Source: a virus
Direction: 5' to 3' (one strand)
Length of the DNA stretch: 64,000 nucleotides
IMG/VR virus record: IMGVR_UViG_3300035698_010358
Location: 1 to 64,000 of that record
The notes beneath the pieces are model-generated. The model saw only the letters and a list, made by a program, of their open reading frames with translations. It made no database searches and was not told the DNA's origin. Numbering within the stretch: position 1 is the first letter of the stretch; every line of letters starts with the position of its first letter. Position numbers and translations under genes: made by a program. Positions 1-9,212 of this stretch are shown piece after piece.

Positions 1-2
1 AT

Positions 3-1583
3 ATTGGTAATGGGGCTTTGATGAAAAGTATCCTTACTAACACACCAAATAATGATTGGACTCCAGTTATTAAGGGTTGGGAAGAGGCTGAAAAATCTAA
101 AGCGGAAGAAGCTGCCGCTCAGGCTGAAGAAGCAGAGGCTATTTATCAGAAGTATATGACTGAGATGAAGGGTGACAAACTTTTCAAGCCTGTATTGAAA
201 GACATTGGTGATTTTGATACGGATGGTCAGAATAAAGTGATGAGGGCTTTCCAAGATCAGGTTACTACTATTCAGGCTGAATTGGATGCTGGGGAATTAA
301 CCTCAGAAACTATTCAGGCTGCTTCGGATGCTTTGGAAGACCCTAGTGGTGATGGTATGGCCAATCCTGAGATGACTGGGAAAACTTTGGCACTGGCCAT
401 GACAGCTAAAAAATTGATAGCTAACCCTCTTTATAGAGGAGGGAAATCTTCTGGATTGGATGCTGAAGGAACATTATACAATGATAACGACTTGATTTCA
501 AAAGCCCGGGAAACAGCTACTTATTATAAGTCCCTGACCCCAACCCTCCGTCAAGAAGCTATTAAAGAAACCCGAAAATTATTTAAGGGCTTGGATGAAG
601 AGTCCACTCAACGGGATGAATTGAATAAACTGGCCGATGGTATTCATCATGCCGCCAGTGTTCAGGGGGATTATGATGACCCCCGTAGTGGCAACGAATC
701 TTTAAGGCCACCTCCTGGGCCAGGACTTCGGAGTGTTCTAACAGTTCTGTCTGACAAAGGTGAAGATGATATCATTCTGGATGCTATGGTGACCAGTAAA
801 GGTTTGGGTTCTCAAGATGCTCATGACCAGATAAAAAGAGCTCTGGGGGATTTATCTGATGATGATTTATATGAAGCCTGTGGTGGAACTAATGGTCCAG
901 ATAGTATTACTATAGACCTGCTGCAAAATGGAGGGTTCTCTTCCAAGGAGCGGGGATATGTAAAAAAGATGCTGATAGATGGCTTGGCTGATAGTATTTC
1001 CTCTCATGATGGGATTACTGCTCATTTAGCCCACAGTAAAAAAGTTACCCAGAATATATCTAAAGGGTTATCAAAAAAACCAAGTAAATCTCAAGAGAAA
1101 ACACAAGACCAAAAATCTGAAACAAGGGAGCCTGAAGACTCTGAAAGTTCTGTCTTACACGGTGATACTGATCTTTGTTGGGCTTGTCCTGGTGCTGATG
1201 GTGGGGAATCTTTGCAAGAGATGGTAGATAATATGGAAAATAAGGTTCGGAAGGGTCAGGATGAGATTAGAGGTTCCGTAATTGAGTGCATGGCAAAAGC
1301 TGATGTTCCTGAAAAACGTCAGAAATGCTTAAATAAGATAATGACCAAACCCAAAGCTAAAACTGCTGGTGAAAACGACAACTTACGGCTTGAAGACTCT
1401 TGGGACGAAGCATTGAATGTTTGTCGTTTGAGTTTAGCAGATGCTCGTTTAAAAACTCTTGAGGAAACTTTCGGTGAACTTCCAATAGACGAACCTTTTA
1501 AAGTCCAGATTCAAACGGCACTCAAACTTTATGATGCTGAGGAGTTGGACAAAAGGTACATCCGAGAGGGTGAAAAGTTATGA
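3..1583 (+). CDS. Hypothetical protein, 5'-partial, upstream of head module
   Basis: Frame is open from the window edge to TGA at 1583; acidic and helical; no motif recognised. Confidence 0.6.
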   Translation: MGNGALMKSILTNTPNNDWTPVIKGWEEAEKSKAEEAAAQAEEAEAIYQKYMTEMKGDKLFKPVLKDIGDFDTDGQNKVMRAFQDQVTTIQAELDAGELTSETIQAASDALEDPSGDGMANPEMTGKTLALAMTAKKLIANPLYRGGKSSGLDAEGTLYNDNDLISKARETATYYKSLTPTLRQEAIKETRKLFKGLDEESTQRDELNKLADGIHHAASVQGDYDDPRSGNESLRPPPGPGLRSVLTVLSDKGEDDIILDAMVTSKGLGSQDAHDQIKRALGDLSDDDLYEACGGTNGPDSITIDLLQNGGFSSKERGYVKKMLIDGLADSISSHDGITAHLAHSKKVTQNISKGLSKKPSKSQEKTQDQKSETREPEDSESSVLHGDTDLCWACPGADGGESLQEMVDNMENKVRKGQDEIRGSVIECMAKADVPEKRQKCLNKIMTKPKAKTAGENDNLRLEDSWDEALNVCRLSLADARLKTLEETFGELPIDEPFKVQIQTALKLYDAEELDKRYIREGEKL

Positions 1584-1621
1584 AACATACTTTGAAAAGG
1601 AAACTTTTTCAATCTTTCTTC

Positions 1622-1641
1622 TATACCCAAGGACAGTTAAG
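1622..1641 (+). promoter_or_regulatory. Putative late promoter motif (TAT-N13-TAAG)
   Basis: Same spaced motif recurs in about 10 intergenic regions upstream of + strand genes. Confidence 0.45.
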
Positions 1642-1705
1642 TAGAGGGCGTTGTGTGCCCCGAATTTAACCTTGAGTATGGAAGACCTTTAAAGGAGGAC
1701 ATACA

Positions 1706-2725
1706 ATGACCACAAAGTTGACTAAGAAGGGCGCACGTCAAGTGTCAAAGACACTGGATAGGGTTGCAACTCTGTTCCAGGAGGAGTGCAAAACTTTGGG
1801 AGTGGCTCCCAAAATTGCCAATGATTTTGCCCGCCGTTGTGACATTCTTGCCGATCACGTCGAAAAAAAGGCTGGTGTAAACCGTCAGGCTTTGACTGAG
1901 TTCGACCCGGTAAAAGAAACAGGGTACAATCCAGAGGACATTGGCATTGAAAAAGCCGGTCCCCTCGAAATGATTGATTCTGACGAACCGTACATGAACG
2001 GTGAGTTCACCCAGCAAGAGAACCGTGAGTTGCGTTATGACCAGCAAAGCGGCAAATTGGGACCTGACAAAACTACCTTCGAACCTCAAAACATCCCAGC
2101 AGGCAAGCAAGCATTTGAAAAAATGGGTCGTGAAACTGTCATCAATAAGATGAGTATGATGAACGACACCCTGCATTCAACAGCTCTTAAACTTGCTGGC
2201 CTCAATCAGAGCATTCTGGCTGATGGTGTAACGAAGTTGGCACAAGCCGTGATGGATACCCAATTGGGGATTTCCCTCGGTACCGTGACTGCTGCTAAAA
2301 GTGCTGAAATCATGGATTCTTTCGAGCGTGTGATGCCTTACATTGCTGCTGTCAGTCCCCAGACTCAGTCCAAAGTTGCCCAGATGATTGACCTTGCTCT
2401 CCACGTTGCGAAGAAATCCGATGATGATGAGAAGGACGAGAAGAAGGACGAGAAGAAGGACGAGAAGAAGGACGACAGTGGTAAATCTTTCTTCGAGAAG
2501 ATGGAAGAAGCCAAGGCCAAGAAAAAGGCCAAGAAGTCTGACGACGATGAAGATGAAGACGATGCTGGTGATGACGATGATAACGATGACGATGACGAAG
2601 GTGTTGAAGGCAAGAAGAAAGCAGCCAAGAAGTCCGATGAGGATGAAGATGCTGACGACGACGACGATGATGTCGAAGTTGAAGGCAAGAAAAAAGCCTC
2701 TCACGGATTCACTTTGAACGCTTAA
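1706..2725 (+). CDS. Putative prohead core/scaffold-like protein with acidic-basic low-complexity C-terminus
   Basis: AAGGAGG RBS; AKKSD-(D/E)n-VEGKKK modules shared with 4997-6559; near the protease gene. Confidence 0.55.
   Translation: MTTKLTKKGARQVSKTLDRVATLFQEECKTLGVAPKIANDFARRCDILADHVEKKAGVNRQALTEFDPVKETGYNPEDIGIEKAGPLEMIDSDEPYMNGEFTQQENRELRYDQQSGKLGPDKTTFEPQNIPAGKQAFEKMGRETVINKMSMMNDTLHSTALKLAGLNQSILADGVTKLAQAVMDTQLGISLGTVTAAKSAEIMDSFERVMPYIAAVSPQTQSKVAQMIDLALHVAKKSDDDEKDEKKDEKKDEKKDDSGKSFFEKMEEAKAKKKAKKSDDDEDEDDAGDDDDNDDDDEGVEGKKKAAKKSDEDEDADDDDDDVEVEGKKKASHGFTLNA
2428..2475 (+). repeat. 12-nt coding tandem repeat (KKDE)n
   Basis: gagaagaaggac repeated about 3-4 times. Confidence 0.75.
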
Positions 2726-2742
2726 ACCACAAGGAGCATTTC

Positions 2743-3393
2743 GTGGCAAAAACTGCATCTACCGTCAATTATCAAACTCGGGGAGCACAGTTCGCTGTCG
2801 GTGACGTAGTGTACCCGTTTTTGGACGGCAGCTCTGACCTGAATGGTCGAGTTGTAGCGGTCTGGCCTGCCATCGGAATGGTAGATGTGGAGTGGCCTCA
2901 CGGGTCAGAACGTCTCCCGGTTGAGGATATTCAAAAAATATCTCCTGATTCATTCTATCAACCCCCCGAAGTGGCACCTGGTGAAAGTAGTGTACCAGGT
3001 GGTGCTGATAGTGTTCCAGTGTCGTCAGGCCCGTCTGAAAAGGCAACTATCCCTGATGAGGGACAAGTAACTCGGTTGACTGCTGCTTACGTTAAGAAAG
3101 CTGTGTGGCAGAACTCCCAATTACCTGAATTCAAACGAAGATTATCCCTTTACTGGGCATCTCGTGACCGACGGTATAGGGCCAGGAAGACTGAGACTAT
3201 TGGTGGTGTTTATCATTGCCCGAAGTGTGAAGGGGTTGAATTACGGAAAGCTATCTATAAACGACGTGCCGGTGAAAGCCTGCATTTGCTAGGTTGCCCT
3301 AACTGTCTGTTCCTTATTAAGAAGTCAGACATCATCGGTGACCCGAGTTATACTGAATTTGATGTTACATCCAACCGGAAACGGAGGCTGTAA
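2743..3393 (+). CDS. Hypothetical head-module protein with C-terminal zinc ribbon
   Basis: AAGGAG RBS and GTG start; CPKC...CPNC; stop overlaps the protease start. Confidence 0.65.
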   Translation: MAKTASTVNYQTRGAQFAVGDVVYPFLDGSSDLNGRVVAVWPAIGMVDVEWPHGSERLPVEDIQKISPDSFYQPPEVAPGESSVPGGADSVPVSSGPSEKATIPDEGQVTRLTAAYVKKAVWQNSQLPEFKRRLSLYWASRDRRYRARKTETIGGVYHCPKCEGVELRKAIYKRRAGESLHLLGCPNCLFLIKKSDIIGDPSYTEFDVTSNRKRRL

Positions 3394-5000
3394 TGGCATT
3401 TATGAAGTTTGCTCACGCAACAGTCGTTCAACCACACGTGTCAGCTAATAGTTGGAGTAAAGTCCGAACTGCTGGTGATGTGGCCAAATCAGGTAGTGAC
3501 TTGGATAAGAACCTTATTGTCCGAGCCTCAAAATTATTTGAACAGGACTTCAAACCGAGTGATTTTCTTTTAACCCACGCTACCATCATTGCTTCAGTTG
3601 ACACGTTTGCTCCTGTCGGGGTGAAGACAGGTGCTCAACTGGTGGATGGATTCCAGGTTAACCGTAAATACTCAGATTTCAGAATCACAGCTTCCACTGA
3701 TAAATTCGTCAACAACAATAACGATGCTTGGGCACGAGATGTCCTCATGAAGTCCTACCAGACGTTCGTGGGGGGCCATAATTTCGTCGAACACATCCAG
3801 GTAGAGGAATTGTCCCGTGGGAGAATCATTGATGCCGTAGCTCGTGATGTCGGTGATTCCATCTATGTTGACATTCTCATTGCCACTGACCGTAAACACA
3901 CTGATCTGATTCAGGCTATTGAGTCTGGAAAAATGAGTACCTTATCTATGGGTTGTACTGTAGATGGGACGATTTGTTCGAAGTGTGGTCATTGGGCAGC
4001 AGACGAAACCGAAATGTGTCCCCATATCAAGTATGAGAAGGGGAACACCTTTTTTGATGAACAGGGGCGTCAGTCCCGGGTTGCAGAGCTTTGCGGTCAC
4101 GGAACAATTGACCCTCATGGTGGTGTTCATTTTGTTGAAGCCTCCTGGGTAGAACAACCTGCATTTACTGGGGCAGTTCTACGGAACGTGTTGGAGCCTA
4201 CTCCTATCACAATAGCTAAAGTTCAGGAAGTTTTATCTTCTGTACCTCCACAATGGTCGGATAATGATCAGCTAAAGGCTGCCAGTATCCGAACTGATAT
4301 TTCTTCTGAAGCCCCTATAGTGGCTGCAAGGATAGTGGATGGCACTTTCGTACAGACCAAAGTAGCTGTTGGAAACATTGGGGAAGCCCAACGTTTTGCA
4401 GCTTATGGTGGTGCAGACCCGTTCTTAGCAGGCTGGGAAGATGAGGGTGAAGCTGAGGGTGAAGCTGAGGGTGAAGCTGAAATGAGTGACACCCCTCCGA
4501 CCGGACAACCTGCCAAAAGTCCGTTGGAAGATGCTGAGGAAGACCTTGAAAAACATTTGATGAACCGAGTAGTTCAAAGAATGAAAGACAAGATGAAAGA
4601 CAAGGCTGTGGGTGAGGCCCTTGGTGGTGAATCCTCAATGGCACCAAATGACAGTCTCGTTAAAGAGGGGACTGTCGGTAGAATGTATAAAGCAGCTTTG
4701 AAAACTATTGTCAGGAAAACATCAAGTGATGCTGACATGGTGGATTCTTTAGCTGATTATCATCAGACAATAGGTATTGATATTCCTGTAGAAATCTATA
4801 GGGCATCTTTAGTAGTTGGTTCTCATAAGAAATATAGCTCAGTGAATACGTTCTGGAGTGCTTGCTGTCGGGTTCTTGGACGTGTACCGAGTCATTATGA
4901 GGCAAAAACAATATTAAGAATTTCTAAATTGCTAACCCAGAGGAAGTCTTTGGGTAGTGATTTTCAATCAGGCAGCCGCCGTAAGGAGAAAACGAGATGA
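3393..5000 (+). CDS. Prohead maturation protease (HK97/herpes-like fold) with CxxC insertion
   Basis: GGHNFVEH (His), STLSMGC (Ser), CSKCGH..CPH, FVEASWVEQPAFTGA; upstream of scaffold and capsid genes. Confidence 0.8.
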   Translation: MAFMKFAHATVVQPHVSANSWSKVRTAGDVAKSGSDLDKNLIVRASKLFEQDFKPSDFLLTHATIIASVDTFAPVGVKTGAQLVDGFQVNRKYSDFRITASTDKFVNNNNDAWARDVLMKSYQTFVGGHNFVEHIQVEELSRGRIIDAVARDVGDSIYVDILIATDRKHTDLIQAIESGKMSTLSMGCTVDGTICSKCGHWAADETEMCPHIKYEKGNTFFDEQGRQSRVAELCGHGTIDPHGGVHFVEASWVEQPAFTGAVLRNVLEPTPITIAKVQEVLSSVPPQWSDNDQLKAASIRTDISSEAPIVAARIVDGTFVQTKVAVGNIGEAQRFAAYGGADPFLAGWEDEGEAEGEAEGEAEMSDTPPTGQPAKSPLEDAEEDLEKHLMNRVVQRMKDKMKDKAVGEALGGESSMAPNDSLVKEGTVGRMYKAALKTIVRKTSSDADMVDSLADYHQTIGIDIPVEIYRASLVVGSHKKYSSVNTFWSACCRVLGRVPSHYEAKTILRISKLLTQRKSLGSDFQSGSRRKEKTR

Positions 5001-6559
5001 AAAAGCAGCGTGAGCGTATGACGTGGGCTGCGGGTCGTAAGGCGAGTGCCCCACCCGCAGTTCCTGGCTACAACGTGGAAGACCAAGATCATCCAGCACA
5101 CAACGGACCCGATCCTGACATGCACAAGTATGAAAATGGTGATACGTCCAGTTGGGCTGAAGATGTCCGTCAACCCCCTTACCCCGAAGGCAATCCTCCG
5201 GCTACCCCCGGATATGATGCTGAAGACCAGGACCACCCGGCTCACCAGAGTCCACCTCGTGTGTCCCTGACAGCAGCCGTTCGGAAACGTGCCAGCAAAT
5301 GTCTGAAACTTGCAGGCATTCAGTTGGATGGCAGGAAGATGACCAAAGCTCAAATCGAAGACCATGCAATGGACTTGATGGAGCTGGGTGACTCTCAAAT
5401 CGATAACATGCTTAACCGTTTCGGTGGTGGGTTCCTCGCTGACGAAATGGATATGGGAGAAGTTACCGAACCGATTGCTGATGATCTGGACGAACTTCTG
5501 TCGATGGATGAATTGGAAGATGATATGGCTCTCGAAGAACCTATCCTTGCTTCTGATGACGATGACGATGACGATGATGAGTCTGATAAGGAAGCATCTT
5601 CTGAAAAGACAGCAGTGGAATCCATCATGGCAAAACTGGAAGCCATGTCCGCTGATATTGCTACTCTGAAAGGTGATGTTGTTGCATCTGATGATGATGA
5701 TGATGACGAAGAAGAACCTGACAAAGAAGCAGCCAGTCAGAATGACCCTAAAGGTCCAACCCTTGCTCCAACTCCGAAGTCAGAAGATGAAGCCCGTAAA
5801 GAGGCTTCTGACCCTATCCTTCAGGAATTCGATTCGTATGACACCGGTAAAACGGGATTCGTCAGCGTTGATGAATGGCAGGGCAGTAAAGCTGTGTTTG
5901 CAGCACTGGATACCGACAACGACAAGATTCTTGCTCGTGTCGACCTTGTAGCTTCCTGTAGTTCAGTAGTCGAAGCAGGTCTGGAACCTGAAGAAGTGGC
6001 TATGTTGGCTGAGATGACAGCGGGTGCTGAAGTTGGAGCCTCTGCCTGTAACCCAACTTCTGACATCCTTGAAGATGAAGAGATGATGGGTGATCCGATG
6101 GAACTGGAACTCATGGATGAGCCTCTCGTAGGTGAGCCCATGATTGTGGCTGAAGAAGATGCTGGTATGTTCGGCATGACGCATGACCCAATGGGACTCT
6201 CTGACGGTGCTCCTATCATGTCCTCTGAGGACGATGCCATGCTCGAAGAAATCTTCGGTGGTAAAGTTGCCAAGAAATCCGATGACGATGACGAAGAAGT
6301 TATCGAAGAAGAAGTCGAAGGCAAAAAGAAATCAGCTAAGAAATCTGATGCTGAAGAAGAAGAAGAAGTCGTAGAGGAAGAAGTCGAAGGCAAGAAAAAA
6401 GCTGCCAAGACTGCTTCCCAACGGCCTCAACCCCGTAAGAGGAGTGCTGGTGTCCAGCAGGTTGGGAACATGACCAAAGCTGCTTCCAGTAACGAATTCA
6501 AAGAACTCCAGAGCATGTGGGCATCTGATCCTGACGTGTCTGACGTGTTCGGTAGCTAG
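4997..6559 (+). CDS. Acidic capsid scaffolding protein with an EF-hand-like pair
   Basis: Very D/E-rich; lies between protease and capsid genes; loops DTGKTGFVSVDE and DTDNDKILARVD. Confidence 0.65.
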   Translation: MKKQRERMTWAAGRKASAPPAVPGYNVEDQDHPAHNGPDPDMHKYENGDTSSWAEDVRQPPYPEGNPPATPGYDAEDQDHPAHQSPPRVSLTAAVRKRASKCLKLAGIQLDGRKMTKAQIEDHAMDLMELGDSQIDNMLNRFGGGFLADEMDMGEVTEPIADDLDELLSMDELEDDMALEEPILASDDDDDDDDESDKEASSEKTAVESIMAKLEAMSADIATLKGDVVASDDDDDDEEEPDKEAASQNDPKGPTLAPTPKSEDEARKEASDPILQEFDSYDTGKTGFVSVDEWQGSKAVFAALDTDNDKILARVDLVASCSSVVEAGLEPEEVAMLAEMTAGAEVGASACNPTSDILEDEEMMGDPMELELMDEPLVGEPMIVAEEDAGMFGMTHDPMGLSDGAPIMSSEDDAMLEEIFGGKVAKKSDDDDEEVIEEEVEGKKKSAKKSDAEEEEEVVEEEVEGKKKAAKTASQRPQPRKRSAGVQQVGNMTKAASSNEFKELQSMWASDPDVSDVFGS

Positions 6560-6567
6560 ACCTTTGC

Positions 6568-6604
6568 AACCCTCTCGGATGCCTCGTAGTCCGAGAGGGT
6601 TTTG
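6568..6604 (+). terminator. Rho-independent terminator
   Basis: AACCCTCTCGGA/TCCGAGAGGGTT stem followed by Ts. Confidence 0.75.
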
Positions 6605-6628
6605 AAAAGTAAATAACTTTTTTATCGG

Positions 6629-6657
6629 TAGATTCCTTATATCGACCGACATTTAAG
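6629..6657 (+). promoter_or_regulatory. Putative late promoter (TA-N7-TAT-N13-TAAG)
   Basis: Recurrent motif; upstream of the decoration and capsid genes. Confidence 0.5.
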
Positions 6658-6770
6658 TATAGAAGTACCACAGAAGCCTACGCGGAGGCTGATGTGGATT
6701 GGTAATTGAATGATGAATTTATTTTCATCCCAACTAACCCTGTAAACAGGGAGTCAAAAGGAGGCTTAAC

Positions 6771-7469
6771 ATGCCTATCGGACTCGGACAGGCCAGTGGT
6801 GGGTGGACAGAATCGTCAGCAGCTCTGAGAATACTTTATGCAGGTATTCGTAATACAGAGGGTCTGTTGACTGATGATGCCTATACCCAAACCAATCCAC
6901 CGGCAGTTGCAACGAATGTTAGCACCAAGGTTGATACGACCATCAATGGCGTACTCAGCGGAAGTGTGGCATTTACTCGCCCAGACGTAGGAAGCGATAA
7001 CATTGGTGGTGCAGGCAGTGCAGCTAACCAGCTTGCAATTCAGAATGCCGTTGCTCAGGCAATCGGTTTCAAAGCCCTCGGTGTTTTCATCAACACAGCA
7101 GTAGGTAATGCCTACGAGAACCAACCTGGTATTGCCAGTGGTCGTGGACCGTACATGTCCCAAATGGGAACTTACGGAAACCAACTGTACGAAACAGCCT
7201 TAATTGGTGATTCGGTCGGTGGTGACCCTGCAGCCGGTGCAGCCCTTGTGTATTACACAGGTGTTGGTCTCATTGCATCACGTAACGGTTACCTGACTCC
7301 AGCCCAGCAGCTCAATGCAGCTGCTAATGCTATCATCTCTTGTGATGATATCACGGTTGCAGCCGAATCGTATGTGTTGAACACTGATAATTCTTCAACC
7401 CTGCTTGGTATCGTAAAGATGCCGCCGGATGCGACTCAAGCTGAAGTCGTGTACGATCAGCGGATATAA
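6771..7469 (+). CDS. Putative capsid decoration/cement protein
   Basis: AAGGAGG RBS; Gly/Ala-rich beta protein immediately before the capsid gene. Confidence 0.6.
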   Translation: MPIGLGQASGGWTESSAALRILYAGIRNTEGLLTDDAYTQTNPPAVATNVSTKVDTTINGVLSGSVAFTRPDVGSDNIGGAGSAANQLAIQNAVAQAIGFKALGVFINTAVGNAYENQPGIASGRGPYMSQMGTYGNQLYETALIGDSVGGDPAAGAALVYYTGVGLIASRNGYLTPAQQLNAAANAIISCDDITVAAESYVLNTDNSSTLLGIVKMPPDATQAEVVYDQRI

Positions 7470-7480
7470 AGGAGGTACTC

Positions 7481-8353
7481 ATGCCTATTGACAATGCCGT
7501 AAAACAACGGTTGATTGGTGAGTACATCAAGACCCCCGCCGGTCGTGCTAAACTCGCTGCTTCGATGACACAACCCCTGAGAACCCGTCGGGATTATGCT
7601 GCCGTTGGTCGTAAGACCTTCTTGGTAGAACAACTCCCAGATGGTGCTTTGCCGTTATACGACAAAGACCCTGATGTGACGGCGTTCGTGGTTGGTGAAG
7701 AAGGTCAGAATATCCTGGCTGTCACTAAACCTAGACGTGTGATTTTCCCTCTGTTTGAGGTTGCCTCAAACCCCGAAATTCCTTTGACTCAAATCAAGGA
7801 ACGTCGGTTCGATCTTATCGAACGTGCCCAGGAACTGGCTCGCGCCCAGATTCAGGCTGCTGAAGATGAGAGAGTGTTTGCTGTTCTCGACAGTATTGCT
7901 ACAGCAGGTTTCGATTCTTTGCCTGCACAGATGAATGCTGACATCCCTGTCATTGCACCCATCACAGGTCAGATCCTTGCTGATGCTTTCTCTTTGATCG
8001 AACGTCATGACCTTCGTGTAGCCCGTGTCTACATGAATGCCCGTGACTATGCTGATCTGAGAAAGTTTGGACGAGACATCCTGGATATCGAATCCCAGGC
8101 AACTCTGCTGAAGACTGGTCTGATGGCTACCCTCTGGGGAGCACAGATTGTGACAAGCCGTTTGGTTCCTGTGGGAACGGTCTACATTTGCTGTGAGCCT
8201 GAGCACTTCGGTCGAATTCCGGTTCGTACTGAGCTGACAGTCCTCTCCGCCGATGACCCCAAAGCCCGTACAATCGGTTTCTCCGTCTTCGAGAACATTG
8301 GTATTGGAGCCTTCAACCCTCGTGGTTTGGCTCGTCTGACTATCACCCGATAA
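7481..8353 (+). CDS. Major capsid protein (HK97 fold)
   Basis: Strong RBS; 290 aa; AQIQAAEDERVF, VYMNARDYADL, LWGAQIVTS and GFSVFENIG pattern; terminator follows. Confidence 0.85.
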   Translation: MPIDNAVKQRLIGEYIKTPAGRAKLAASMTQPLRTRRDYAAVGRKTFLVEQLPDGALPLYDKDPDVTAFVVGEEGQNILAVTKPRRVIFPLFEVASNPEIPLTQIKERRFDLIERAQELARAQIQAAEDERVFAVLDSIATAGFDSLPAQMNADIPVIAPITGQILADAFSLIERHDLRVARVYMNARDYADLRKFGRDILDIESQATLLKTGLMATLWGAQIVTSRLVPVGTVYICCEPEHFGRIPVRTELTVLSADDPKARTIGFSVFENIGIGAFNPRGLARLTITR

Positions 8354-8377
8354 CTTTGGGCTGAACTGAAGACACCT

Positions 8378-8408
8378 ACCCGACCCCTTACAGGGGGTCG
8401 GGTTTTTT
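8378..8408 (+). terminator. Rho-independent terminator
   Basis: ACCCGACCCC/GGGGTCGGGT stem plus T run. Confidence 0.85.
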
Positions 8409-8467
8409 CGTTAAGATCTTTATAGACAACCTTTTGTAGGTAATTACTTTTAATTGGAGGGACTCAG

Positions 8468-8812
8468 ATGAATTATAAAGAAATGCAAAAGAAGGCTAAT
8501 GAGAACCCTGAGCTTCGGGCTAAGTTGGTCCCTCTGTTGAAAAAAACAGCTCAAAGCAAGAATTTTCAACATGCTCAGAAAATCCTAAAGCTCATAAAAG
8601 AACTGACGAGTGTAGGTCAGGAATTTTCTAATTCCTGGGGTGCTATTGAGAATTCCTGGGGTGATTTTGACCATCACGATGAAGATTATAAAGAATTTTT
8701 AGATGCTGTTTCTAAAGGGTATCCTGCATCAGCGGCTAAGTTTTCCGGAGGTTCTTCTCAATTAAAAAAATGGGGACAGAGAGCCGAAGCAGCTTTACGG
8801 AAAATTAAATAA
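8468..8812 (+). CDS. Small protein with N-terminal ANENPELR..LVPLLK tag (candidate internal head protein)
   Basis: GGAGG RBS; tag shared with 22680, 24309 and 24766. Confidence 0.65.
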   Translation: MNYKEMQKKANENPELRAKLVPLLKKTAQSKNFQHAQKILKLIKELTSVGQEFSNSWGAIENSWGDFDHHDEDYKEFLDAVSKGYPASAAKFSGGSSQLKKWGQRAEAALRKIK

Positions 8813-8875
8813 AACCTGCCTGGTAATTATTGGGTATAGTCCAAACTGTTCAATCAACGTCAGGACAGTTTCATA

Positions 8876-9109
8876 ATGGACGTACTGGTTATCAAAAATA
8901 TTGAAGATGTTGCTATTTCCCCTAAAGCTAATGCCTTCCGAGTGTTGGATGATGGCAATGGGGTGAGCTGTTTCTTAGATTTTCTAGTATATAAACCAGA
9001 AAAAAACAAGGCTTGTGTCCTATCCAGAATCCAGATAAACCGTGGGTTCCTCTCAGTAATTCGAGATAGATTGGATATATCCCTGAAAGAAATAACTGAG
9101 GAGAGTTAA
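8876..9109 (+). CDS. Small protein, DUF3467-like; paralog of 18318-18686
   Basis: ANAFRV..CFLDF..IRDRLDISLKEI versus ADAFRI..CLLDF..IRDRLESTLEEI. Confidence 0.6.
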   Translation: MDVLVIKNIEDVAISPKANAFRVLDDGNGVSCFLDFLVYKPEKNKACVLSRIQINRGFLSVIRDRLDISLKEITEES

Positions 9110-9212
9110 TTTCCCACAGTCTTTTCGGGTTTCATCGGTAAGGTGTGAGAGTTGAGAGATTACATGCTATTTCAAGGTCCACACTTATTAAGGATCGTTA
9201 ACGGAGGGAAAA

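Noticed and set aside
2410-2700. Repetitive GAY/AAG-rich DNA as a CRISPR or non-coding repeat
   Set aside because: Explained by Asp/Glu/Lys low-complexity coding; no repeat-spacer structure
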